Below are positions 1 to 7,447 of a stretch of DNA of 64,000 nucleotides, piece by piece. The notes under the pieces are model-generated. The model was not told the origin of the DNA, searched no databases, and saw only the letters and a list, made by a program, of their open reading frames with translations. Position 1 is the stretch's first letter; the number at the start of each line of letters is the position of its first letter. This DNA comes from a virus, in IMG/VR virus record IMGVR_UViG_3300022864_000001, positions 32,001 to 96,000 of that record, one strand, 5' to 3'. The position numbers and the translations under genes are program-made.

Positions 1-12
1 ACAAGCACATTT

Positions 13-1638
13 ATGGCGAGTGCCATCCTGTGCGATCCGCCCTATCACCTAACGTCTGGATTCATGGGGGCCGTCTGGGATCAGGAAACAGACGGCACAG
101 GCATCGCCTTCCGTCCCGACACTTGGTCTGCGTTAGCCAAGCATCTTCTCCCTGGCGGGTTCATCATGGCATTTGCGTCGTCACGTGGCTGGCATCGGCT
201 TGCTTGCGCGTTAGAAGACGCTGGGCTCATCATCCAACCAAGTATCTTCAACTGGCATAGTGGGCAGACGATGGAAATTTCCATGTACGGCTGGGCTAGC
301 GGACAGTCGTTCCCGAAAGCGACGTCCATAGACAAGCAGCTAGACCGCGCTGCCAATGTTACAAACCATCGTAAGAAAGTGGGCAAGTACGAGCTTCCGG
401 AACAGCAGACGTGGAACCCAAAGCAGGCTACAGACGCCAACGCAGAAGCTGTCGGGGGTACATTTACGGCATCAGGTAGACGTACACTAGACATCGAAGA
501 ACCGGCTACGGAACTAGGCCGCACATGGGCAGGGCATCGTTACGGTGGCCAAGTCTTGAAAAACTTACTCGAACCCATCATCATCGCCCAGAAGCCCTAC
601 GAGGATGTCCCGTCAGACGCGTGGGCGACGTTCACTGGATGGCATTGGTGGCACTATCCCAAGAAAATCAAGAATACTCCAAAGGAGAGGCTCAAGCTGT
701 GGAAGAAACACGGCATCCGCATCCCTGCGGCTTATGTCGAGTACGACGCTTGGTTCATCAAGCGCAGGGCACTGCACGAGGGCATCGAGAGCGACGTACT
801 GCTAGTCTGGCGAGACCGAAGGCAAGATCGCCTCCGCTTGACGCGGGAACGGATACTGCATCGTGGCAACGTCAAGAAGTACAGGCGGTGGAAGATCAAG
901 AACAAATCTGCGTGTATAGCTATGACTGGAGCTGGAGCGTTCTGGATTGACGGGGGACGGTTGGGGACCTTCCAAGCCAATACGCCTAGCGGCATTGACC
1001 GGTACAATAAGGCGCTCGCGGAGCATGGATATAGGCCGGGTGAATACCAGAAAGGCAAACCACCATTGCCAACCGCTAGGGGCCGATGGCCTGCCTCACT
1101 TGTTTTATCTCACGTCCCACCCGACTCCGACGGAAACGGCGGCTGCGTGCGGCTGGGGACGAAGCGGGTGAAGGGAATACCCAATCGCCCCACAAACAGA
1201 ACCACTGACAAGTTTGGCAAGAACGTTTATCAACCTACCCATTGCCGCTCTGACAACGAAATGAGTGGTGGTTGCGCCGGCCCCGATGGTCGAGAAGTAG
1301 TAGATGACTGGCAATGCGTTGAGGGATGTCCTGTGAGGAAGATTGGACTCCAAAGTGGGGAGCGGAAAAGCGGCTACATGAAAGCAGGACAACAACGCCA
1401 AGCATCACAGGGACTGGGTGGATACCACGACGGGTTTCCTGATGAGGCAAGCGCTGGTGGGACTTACGGGGACAAAGGCACTTGCAGCAGATTCTTTTTC
1501 CAAGCCTCCTGGCACTACGAGGTAGCCGAGCGGCTGGCGCAAGCATCGCCTGTGGGGTACTGTGCTAAAGCTGGCAGACGTGAGAAAAGCGCCGGTTTAG
1601 GAGGCGGCGACGGGGTGCGTAATCTGCACCCCACCTGA
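13..1638 (+). CDS. DNA N6-adenine/N4-cytosine methyltransferase, N-terminal part (catalytic DPPY), probably 5'-partial
   Basis: ILCDPPY motif, GQSFPKA, LKNLLEPIIIAQKP, GRWPASLVL, SRFF; ends at RNLHPT; frame is open to the window start. Confidence 0.85.
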   Translation: MASAILCDPPYHLTSGFMGAVWDQETDGTGIAFRPDTWSALAKHLLPGGFIMAFASSRGWHRLACALEDAGLIIQPSIFNWHSGQTMEISMYGWASGQSFPKATSIDKQLDRAANVTNHRKKVGKYELPEQQTWNPKQATDANAEAVGGTFTASGRRTLDIEEPATELGRTWAGHRYGGQVLKNLLEPIIIAQKPYEDVPSDAWATFTGWHWWHYPKKIKNTPKERLKLWKKHGIRIPAAYVEYDAWFIKRRALHEGIESDVLLVWRDRRQDRLRLTRERILHRGNVKKYRRWKIKNKSACIAMTGAGAFWIDGGRLGTFQANTPSGIDRYNKALAEHGYRPGEYQKGKPPLPTARGRWPASLVLSHVPPDSDGNGGCVRLGTKRVKGIPNRPTNRTTDKFGKNVYQPTHCRSDNEMSGGCAGPDGREVVDDWQCVEGCPVRKIGLQSGERKSGYMKAGQQRQASQGLGGYHDGFPDEASAGGTYGDKGTCSRFFFQASWHYEVAERLAQASPVGYCAKAGRREKSAGLGGGDGVRNLHPT

Positions 1639-1640
1639 AT

Positions 1641-1982
1641 GTGAAGCCACTATCTTTGCTGAAATGGCTTTGTACATTGCTTACCCCTCCGCCCGAATAT
1701 GCGCCGCGACGACTCCTGGTTCCCTTCAGTGGCAGTGGAAGCGAAATAGCAGGGGCCATTCTATCGGGCGGATGGGAAGAAATCGTGGGGATAGAGCAAG
1801 ATGCTGAGTATTGCAGAATCGCAGAGGCAAGGTGCAGATTCTGGCAAGACGCTACGCAGGAGACAGGGTTGACGGAACCCAAGGAGATGCTCAAGATGCT
1901 GGCAGCAATTGAGGCCGAACGGAAACGCGCCGAAGAAGAGCGGCAGATGGGGTTTGACATGGAGGAGACTGATGAGCACTGA
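1641..1982 (+). CDS. DNA methyltransferase, C-terminal part (SAM-binding FxGxG)
   Basis: Starts VKPLSLLKWL, continuing the HPT-VKP motif; LVPFSGSGSE; GIEQDAEYCRIAEAR. Confidence 0.8.
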   Translation: MKPLSLLKWLCTLLTPPPEYAPRRLLVPFSGSGSEIAGAILSGGWEEIVGIEQDAEYCRIAEARCRFWQDATQETGLTEPKEMLKMLAAIEAERKRAEEERQMGFDMEETDEH

Positions 1983-2328
1983 ATATTACTTGCCGCAGTA
2001 TCCAATCACAGGATTAGAATTGGCTGAGTGCGCGGACTACAACATGCTCACTATCTGGGTACAAGACGGCCAGGCGGGTGTCCTGAATCTGCCGAAAGCG
2101 GTCACGGGGACGTTCCTGCGAGTATTGACACACGACGATGTAGGCATGGGAGTAATGCACACCTGGGGTAGCAGAGACGAGGGCATTATGGTAACAGACC
2201 CTGCCCACCTGCCTGACGACACCATTGTTATCTCGGGCAGTGGAGATTTGCTTACCGCGGGCCAGGTAAGAGCATTGGCCGGAAAGGGGGCGGCGGTAAG
2301 CGATGGCAATTTGGTGTTGCACACTTGA
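1972..2328 (+). CDS. hypothetical protein
   Basis: ORF with GGAGGAG RBS, overlapping the upstream gene end. Confidence 0.6.
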   Translation: MSTEYYLPQYPITGLELAECADYNMLTIWVQDGQAGVLNLPKAVTGTFLRVLTHDDVGMGVMHTWGSRDEGIMVTDPAHLPDDTIVISGSGDLLTAGQVRALAGKGAAVSDGNLVLHT

Positions 2329-2338
2329 CCTCTCCAAT

Positions 2339-2367
2339 TTGACAAATTCGCGAATCTGTGGTATACT
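2339..2367 (+). promoter_or_regulatory. sigma70-type promoter
   Basis: TTGACA-17 nt-TATACT with extended TG; ATTCGCGAAT palindrome in the spacer. Confidence 0.8.
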
Positions 2368-2373
2368 AAAAAA

Positions 2374-2505
2374 GTGAGGATGCGACATGAGACGGGTTGT
2401 TGCAAGACCCAATAGAATAATCGCGAAAGTGCCCCCAGGGCAGACCGTCTCATCTCCACATCCTCACAAGTGATGGCGTTGTAGCAGTTGCCTTGGGGGC
2501 TTTTT
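2374..2505 (+). ncRNA. structured leader RNA (c4 antisense-like architecture)
   Basis: Stem GCCCCCAGGGCA/TGCCTTGGGGGC encloses CCGTCTCAT and CATCCTCAC, which are complementary to upstream ATGAGACGG and GTGAGGATG. Confidence 0.5.
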
Positions 2506-2524
2506 GCGTCAAGGAGATAGCGAG

Positions 2525-3250
2525 ATGACGCAGGGAACTTATGAGATTAAGAACAGGTTGGACGGGAAAGCATATGGTGGAAGGTCAGGAAACATTGAGC
2601 AACGGTGGCAGAATCATCTTTCTACGCTTCGCAACGACAGACACCATTGCCAGTATTTCCAGAACGCCTGGAACAAGTACGGTGAGGACGTATTTGAGTT
2701 CATCGTACTTGAAGTTATTGAAGGCCCTGACGAACGAAGGGCGGCAGAGCAGAAGTGGCTTGACATACATCACGCCAACAAGACCTGCTATAACATTGCA
2801 ATTACGGCGGGGTTGGGTGGGCCGCTGTCTGAAGAACACAAGCATAATATAAGCATTGCAAACATGGGCAACCAAAGCGCGAAGGGCAGCAAGCGTACCG
2901 ACGAGCAGCTTCGCGCTCATAGCGAGCGCATGATGGGCAATCAAAACACCCTGGGCCACAAGGCTACTGACGCGACCAGGCAAAAGCAGAGGGACGCGCA
3001 CACGGGCAAGACGCTCAGTAAAGAAACCAAGCAAAAGTTGCGCGAGGCTGGCATGGGCAACCAGAACACCTTGGGTTACAAGCACCCCGAAGAGTTTGGC
3101 CAGGCGATAAGCGAGCGCATGATGGGCAATCAACACGCCAAGGGTAGCACGTACAAGCGCACTGACGAACAGAACCGCGCGAATAGCGAGCGCATGAAGC
3201 TGTGGTGGGCAAAGAAGAAGGCGGCTGAGGCCGAGGATAAAGGGCTGTAA
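2525..3250 (+). CDS. GIY-YIG homing endonuclease with NUMOD3-like repeats
   Basis: GTYEI..AYGGRS..R..H N-terminal domain; repeated MGNQ / HxEE.K.K+ units; AAGGAG RBS. Confidence 0.85.
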   Translation: MTQGTYEIKNRLDGKAYGGRSGNIEQRWQNHLSTLRNDRHHCQYFQNAWNKYGEDVFEFIVLEVIEGPDERRAAEQKWLDIHHANKTCYNIAITAGLGGPLSEEHKHNISIANMGNQSAKGSKRTDEQLRAHSERMMGNQNTLGHKATDATRQKQRDAHTGKTLSKETKQKLREAGMGNQNTLGYKHPEEFGQAISERMMGNQHAKGSTYKRTDEQNRANSERMKLWWAKKKAAEAEDKGL

Positions 3251-3280
3251 CTTGACAACTGAAACAACGGGAGGAACAAT

Positions 3281-3862
3281 ATGAGGGTCGTTCTACGCTC
3301 AATCACGCCTAGGGCCGAGAGCCTGGTAGCTGAGGCGTATGCAGCTTGTCGTGGCGGACGAGGGGAGACGGCAATTCCCCTAGAGAGTATCCAGGGGCTT
3401 GTAACCAAAGAGCCATTCCCGCACCTGTCCTGTCTTCGTCATGCCAAGGCAACATTTTATATATACGGTATTAGCAGGGTCTGTCACTCGCAATTGATAC
3501 GACATGGACTTGCAGCGTTTTCTGTAGAGAGCCAACGCAGCGTTGAGCCAGCGGGATTTGTACATCCACAGACCATTGAAGATAGTGAGTTTAGGGTACG
3601 ATACGACGCTCTTTTGCAGCACGCCAGGGTGCTGTATGGGGACATGGTAGAGGGCGGCATACCGCGCGAAGATGCCAGATATGGCCTGCCGCTATCTACA
3701 GAGACGTTTGTGGTGGCTAGCGCGAATTTTGAGCACCTGCGGTGGCTGATACAGATACGCGCATTGAATCCCCATGCACAGTGGGAGATACGCGAGATGT
3801 GCTTGAAGATGTTAGACATACTCAAGGAAGAAGCACCACACATTTTCGGTGACTTGGGATGA
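3281..3862 (+). CDS. thyX: FAD-dependent thymidylate synthase (ThyX family, variant motif)
   Basis: GISRVCHSQLIRH..FSVESQR, GIPREDARYGLP, AQWEIR. Confidence 0.85.
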   Translation: MRVVLRSITPRAESLVAEAYAACRGGRGETAIPLESIQGLVTKEPFPHLSCLRHAKATFYIYGISRVCHSQLIRHGLAAFSVESQRSVEPAGFVHPQTIEDSEFRVRYDALLQHARVLYGDMVEGGIPREDARYGLPLSTETFVVASANFEHLRWLIQIRALNPHAQWEIREMCLKMLDILKEEAPHIFGDLG

Positions 3863-4266
3863 ATGTCCCTCAGTGGCATACCATCCAGGGTAGTGAAGAC
3901 GATTGGTTTGACGTTGCTGACTGTGGTGATGATGGCAACTTCTCTGTCTGGATGAACGGCGCTAAACCACCACGTTACGGATGGCTACGAAGCGAAACTG
4001 TTGGTGTGCTTGGGGGGTGGGTATTGCTTTTGCTCGCGGGTTGCGGCTTTCTCTGGAGTAGTGGACAGCGCCATTTGCCATTAGCGGGCATTTGTGGTAT
4101 ACTGATGTTTGTTGGGGCGATAGTAGCCAGTAGTGTGCCAGATGGTACTACGATCCAAGATACGGTGCGATATAAAGAGGGGCTGTTCCGAGAGGCATTT
4201 AAGGATAAGGGATGGTCAAGGGGAGAGATGGAGAGGGAGTTTTTTGCAATCGCTGGCAGCATCTAA
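3859..4266 (+). CDS. hypothetical membrane protein
   Basis: Two hydrophobic segments; ATGA coupling to thyX. Confidence 0.6.
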   Translation: MNVPQWHTIQGSEDDWFDVADCGDDGNFSVWMNGAKPPRYGWLRSETVGVLGGWVLLLLAGCGFLWSSGQRHLPLAGICGILMFVGAIVASSVPDGTTIQDTVRYKEGLFREAFKDKGWSRGEMEREFFAIAGSI

Positions 4267-4329
4267 TCCTCGCTACGTAAAGGGCGGTAGAGGGGCAATT
4301 CTGAAAAGGATGAACAGGGGGAGATGGTA

Positions 4330-4536
4330 ATGGAAGACCTAATTGAGTCGCTACAGATTTTCTTGAAGTATGGCAACCCGCGAAGCCCAACAATTTGTGA
4401 ACACAACACACTGTACATTTGTGGCATTGACCCGTTCGCGATATCAGACGAAGACGAAAAACGGCTTGGCGAACTCGGGTTTGTCTACGAGTCTGCTGAT
4501 GAGACTTACGTATCGTACCGCTTTGGCTCAGCCTAG
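4330..4536 (+). CDS. hypothetical phage protein
   Basis: RBS, compact ORF (LQIFLKYGN..PTICEH..YRFGSA). Confidence 0.65.
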   Translation: MEDLIESLQIFLKYGNPRSPTICEHNTLYICGIDPFAISDEDEKRLGELGFVYESADETYVSYRFGSA

Positions 4537-4557
4537 AAAGCGAAACAGGAGGGGTAA

Positions 4558-4998
4558 ATGAAATTCACTGACGAACAGCTCTTGGCGTGTACGGATATGA
4601 CTGGTTCTGCTGCTGCACGCCACCTCGGTGTAACGCGGGCGGCTGTGTCGTCGCGCATCCGGGGACTGCGCGCCAAGGGGCACAGCATTACTATGGCTAA
4701 ACGCGGGGCTATTCTCAGCAAGGAAGACATGCTTCAGGCGGAGAAGGACAACCTCTCGACGGCAGAGACCTCGGTACTATACGGAGTACACTCGTCTACC
4801 GTTGCAAGCGCGGCTAAACGATATGATGTTAGCCTGCGCAGACACAACGCACCTGCTGACGATTGTATTCGCAAGGTGGTTACAATACCCCGTCGTATAG
4901 CAGAACAACTGGACGAACGCGCCAGGGCGGAAAAGCGCAGCCGGAGTTGGATTGTGTCTGATGCCGTCCGATTGTATCTAAATGGGAAGGAGAAGTAG
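4558..4998 (+). CDS. DNA-binding regulator (HTH_11-like N-terminus, ribbon-helix-helix C-terminus)
   Basis: GSAAARHLGVTRAAVSSRIRGLR; VTIPRRIAEQLDERARAEKRSRSWIVSDAVRLYL. Confidence 0.75.
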   Translation: MKFTDEQLLACTDMTGSAAARHLGVTRAAVSSRIRGLRAKGHSITMAKRGAILSKEDMLQAEKDNLSTAETSVLYGVHSSTVASAAKRYDVSLRRHNAPADDCIRKVVTIPRRIAEQLDERARAEKRSRSWIVSDAVRLYLNGKEK

Positions 4999-4999
4999 C

Positions 5000-5167
5000 A
5001 TGGAATGGCATCATAGAATCTTGCTCTTTGCATTTCTGTATTCTGGTTTTATCTACTTGGGATGCTTTCTTGGGCAATATAGCAGGTGGCCACAAGGTAT
5101 ATGGCTAGGGTTGATGATAATATTTGGCATCCTGTTCACTATCTTGCCACAGGAACGCCGCCCATGA
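5000..5167 (+). CDS. small two-TM membrane protein
   Basis: Two hydrophobic helices, GGAG RBS. Confidence 0.55.
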   Translation: MEWHHRILLFAFLYSGFIYLGCFLGQYSRWPQGIWLGLMIIFGILFTILPQERRP

Positions 5168-5901
5168 ATAAGTCTTTGTGTGCCGACCCAAAAACGCTGA
5201 CAAGTACAGACTTGGACGCCAACATTGAGCAGGCAGAGGCAAACGGCGATCTTGAGGCGTTGGCGCTATACGTCCCGCACAGGCTGGAACGCAACGGCCT
5301 GGTTAGCAGCGCTATCCTGTTGCTGATGGCAAGAGACCTACACTTTCTGTACACACATAACCTCTGGATGCAACACGGGTATGAAAGTTTCCCTGAGTGG
5401 GTGGCAGCAGAATTCACCCCCAAGCCCTACGGGAAGGATTACGGCACTGTTACGGCGCTCATTCGGGTGTGGCAATTCTGGCACGAGATGGCAGGGTGGT
5501 CTCTTGAAGAGATGTCTATCCCCGGCAAAGCCAAACTGGAACGAATGCTTGCCCTGGCCCAAAGTTCAACGAGGCGGGGTACACAACCCGTCGATGACGA
5601 TATACGCGAGGTGCTGTTAGACACAACCATTCCTCACCTGCGTGTCATGGATGCCTACAACGAACGTAAAGCAGTAAAAGCAGCACAGCAACAGTCTGTT
5701 GAGCCGCTGGTTGTGTCGCCCAACAGGCATGTAACATATTCTGCGGACAGTACAACGGGCGTGTTGAGCGCGTGGTTGCCGATCACTGGCCGCAACGGTA
5801 CAGCAGTGGGTGTGCAGTTGGGAGTGCTAGATTTCCGCTCTGAGAAAGCTAGCCCGTGGCTTCACGCCTTCCTGGCCAGGGCCAAGGCCAAAATCAGATA
5901 G
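5164..5901 (+). CDS. hypothetical protein
   Basis: Long ORF with ATGA coupling. Confidence 0.6.
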   Translation: MNKSLCADPKTLTSTDLDANIEQAEANGDLEALALYVPHRLERNGLVSSAILLLMARDLHFLYTHNLWMQHGYESFPEWVAAEFTPKPYGKDYGTVTALIRVWQFWHEMAGWSLEEMSIPGKAKLERMLALAQSSTRRGTQPVDDDIREVLLDTTIPHLRVMDAYNERKAVKAAQQQSVEPLVVSPNRHVTYSADSTTGVLSAWLPITGRNGTAVGVQLGVLDFRSEKASPWLHAFLARAKAKIR

Positions 5902-5903
5902 GC

Positions 5904-6338
5904 ATGAAGAGACTTTGGCTTTTTGCGCTGGCCTGTCTTCTAACGACAGGTTGGCTTTACGAAGACGGGGATAGCGTAGCAACCGTCTCGTTGGGACAAG
6001 TAACAGTAACGTGCTACCAGGCCGTGCCGGAGCAGACCGATGGAGCGCCTCATATAACCGCAGACGGAACGGATTTGCGGGAGACGGACGAGAGAATATG
6101 TGCCCTTTCCCGCGACTTGCTATGGCGTTGGGGTGGCCCAGCCCAGTGGGGTGACTTGGTGTGGCTGTATATCCCCAGACATCCTGAACTGTCAGGCCCC
6201 TGGACTGTCCGGGACACGATGGCAGAAACAATTTTTAGGAACGGGGAAGAAGTGCCCCTGGTGCGGCACGTTGACCTACTGACGGACACGATAGGCCGTT
6301 GGTCTAGCTATGCGTTGCTAATAGGAGAAGAGCAATGA
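5904..6338 (+). CDS. secreted 3D-domain (lytic transglycosylase-like) protein
   Basis: Signal peptide; VTCY..QTD..PHITADG, ICALSRDL, VRDTM, HVDL (three Asp). Confidence 0.75.
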   Translation: MKRLWLFALACLLTTGWLYEDGDSVATVSLGQVTVTCYQAVPEQTDGAPHITADGTDLRETDERICALSRDLLWRWGGPAQWGDLVWLYIPRHPELSGPWTVRDTMAETIFRNGEEVPLVRHVDLLTDTIGRWSSYALLIGEEQ

Positions 6339-6649
6339 CCAAACATTCACCGGGGCCGTGGCGGGCGAAGCGCATCCACCGGCACTCCAGCGACAGGGTT
6401 GTTTATGATGCCAAGGACAGCCTGGTGGCCCATATATGGATTGGCGATGATGACGAAGAGGGCCTAGCCAACCTGCGCCTGGTACTGAAAGCGACAGAAT
6501 TACTAGCGTTGGTGCAAAAGCTGCCAGGTTTTCGGTGTTACTACCCCAGCGATCAGTCCTGCCAGGATTGCCCAGAGGCAGTGTATTGTCCCCGCATGGT
6601 AGCACCCACATTACTCAAAGAGATTGACGGAGGCAAATCATGCGATTAG
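6335..6649 (+). CDS. hypothetical phage protein (KHTPGPW-type)
   Basis: MTKHSPGPW..ANLRLV..ELL pattern common in phages. Confidence 0.65.
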   Translation: MTKHSPGPWRAKRIHRHSSDRVVYDAKDSLVAHIWIGDDDEEGLANLRLVLKATELLALVQKLPGFRCYYPSDQSCQDCPEAVYCPRMVAPTLLKEIDGGKSCD

Positions 6650-7137
6650 AAGGAGCCACGCGCGTTGGCGCAGAGCGAATAGATAAAGATGCCCGCGATA
6701 CCTATATTCGCCGTCAGGCTAGTCGGGACAAGTTATTGTTCAAGCCCACGCCTGAACAGAGATGGTGCTATCAATGCGGATGTCGTATCATGCCCGGTGA
6801 CGCATACAGACAACATGGCCCCATGCGGCGCGTTCCAGGGCAAGACGCAAAGTCGAATTACGTTTGTTGGCAGTGCCCATGGGCAGGGGCATTAGACGCA
6901 CAGGCCGTGTTAGATAGCCTTACGCCAGATGCAAGGCGGTTGGCGCAGTTGTGGGCTGCACACATTGACCAACGTCACGTAACCCTAACGCGCGCGTGGC
7001 ACATTACGTCTGCGCATTTTGATTTTCACTCTTGGTGGAGCAGCGTAGAGTTGCTGGTTTCTAGCAGCGTGCTACGCATTCCTGTGGGGGTTGATGGTTG
7101 TATGATGCCACCGGCATACGTTAGGGCACTAATCTAA
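6640..7137 (+). CDS. hypothetical Zn-binding protein
   Basis: CYQC..CWQC motifs. Confidence 0.55.
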   Translation: MRLEGATRVGAERIDKDARDTYIRRQASRDKLLFKPTPEQRWCYQCGCRIMPGDAYRQHGPMRRVPGQDAKSNYVCWQCPWAGALDAQAVLDSLTPDARRLAQLWAAHIDQRHVTLTRAWHITSAHFDFHSWWSSVELLVSSSVLRIPVGVDGCMMPPAYVRALI

Positions 7138-7139
7138 GA

Positions 7140-7155
7140 GTCTTTGTACAAAGAC
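7140..7155. promoter_or_regulatory. palindromic operator-like site, copy 1
   Basis: GTCTTTGTACAAAGAC perfect 16-bp palindrome, recurring at 9840 and 56918. Confidence 0.6.
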
Positions 7156-7200
7156 CCGGGAGAAGACAGTGACGATGTAGAAGCATATGTAGTTGTTAAT

Positions 7201-7253
7201 GTGGGCAAAAGGGGTTCCTTAACATCCTTCTTAGATATATACCCCTCGCCCGC
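7201..7253 (+). ncRNA. repeated RNA stem motif, copy 1
   Basis: GTGGGC-AAA-AGGGGT-TCCTTA-loop-T-ACCCCT-C-GCCCGC. Confidence 0.7.
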
Positions 7254-7255
7254 CT

Positions 7256-7367
7256 GGGGAAGTAGCTCAATGGTAGAGCACCGGATCTGGACAATACTCT
7301 CCGCTGATGGCACAAAGAGTTCCTTATAAGTTCGGTGACGCGGGTTCAATTCCCGCCTTCCCCACTA
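7256..7367 (+). ncRNA. tRNA-like RNA whose anticodon loop is replaced by a permuted copy of the stem motif
   Basis: Acceptor GGGGAAG/CTTCCCC, D arm GCTC-AATGGTA-GAGC, T arm GCGGG-TTCAATT-CCCGC, stem CCGGA/TTCGG enclosing about 45 nt with ACTCT/AGAGT-TCCTTA. Confidence 0.8.
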
Positions 7368-7419
7368 GGGGCAAAAGAGGTTCCTTAAACAACTTTGTGT
7401 TTACCTACCTCTCGCCCCT
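7367..7419 (+). ncRNA. repeated RNA stem motif, copy 3
   Basis: AGGGGC-AAA-AGAGGT-TCCTTA-loop-T-ACCTCT-C-GCCCCT; compensatory change versus copy 1. Confidence 0.7.
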
Positions 7420-7447
7420 TTCAATAGGAAGTTACGAAGGAGATAAG

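Noticed and set aside
601-910. Intein in the methyltransferase
   Set aside because: No N-terminal Cys/Ser block and no C-terminal His-Asn.
7286-7330. tRNA insert read as a group I or BHB intron
   Set aside because: Far too short for group I, no clear bulge-helix-bulge, and it matches the flanking hairpin motif instead.
7201-7419. Repeats read as a CRISPR array
   Set aside because: The copies covary as RNA stems, one is permuted inside a tRNA body, and there is no repeat-spacer periodicity.
7307-7447. N-terminal extension of the 671-aa ORF in the track
   Set aside because: It overlaps the structured RNAs; a strong RBS supports the ATG at 7448.
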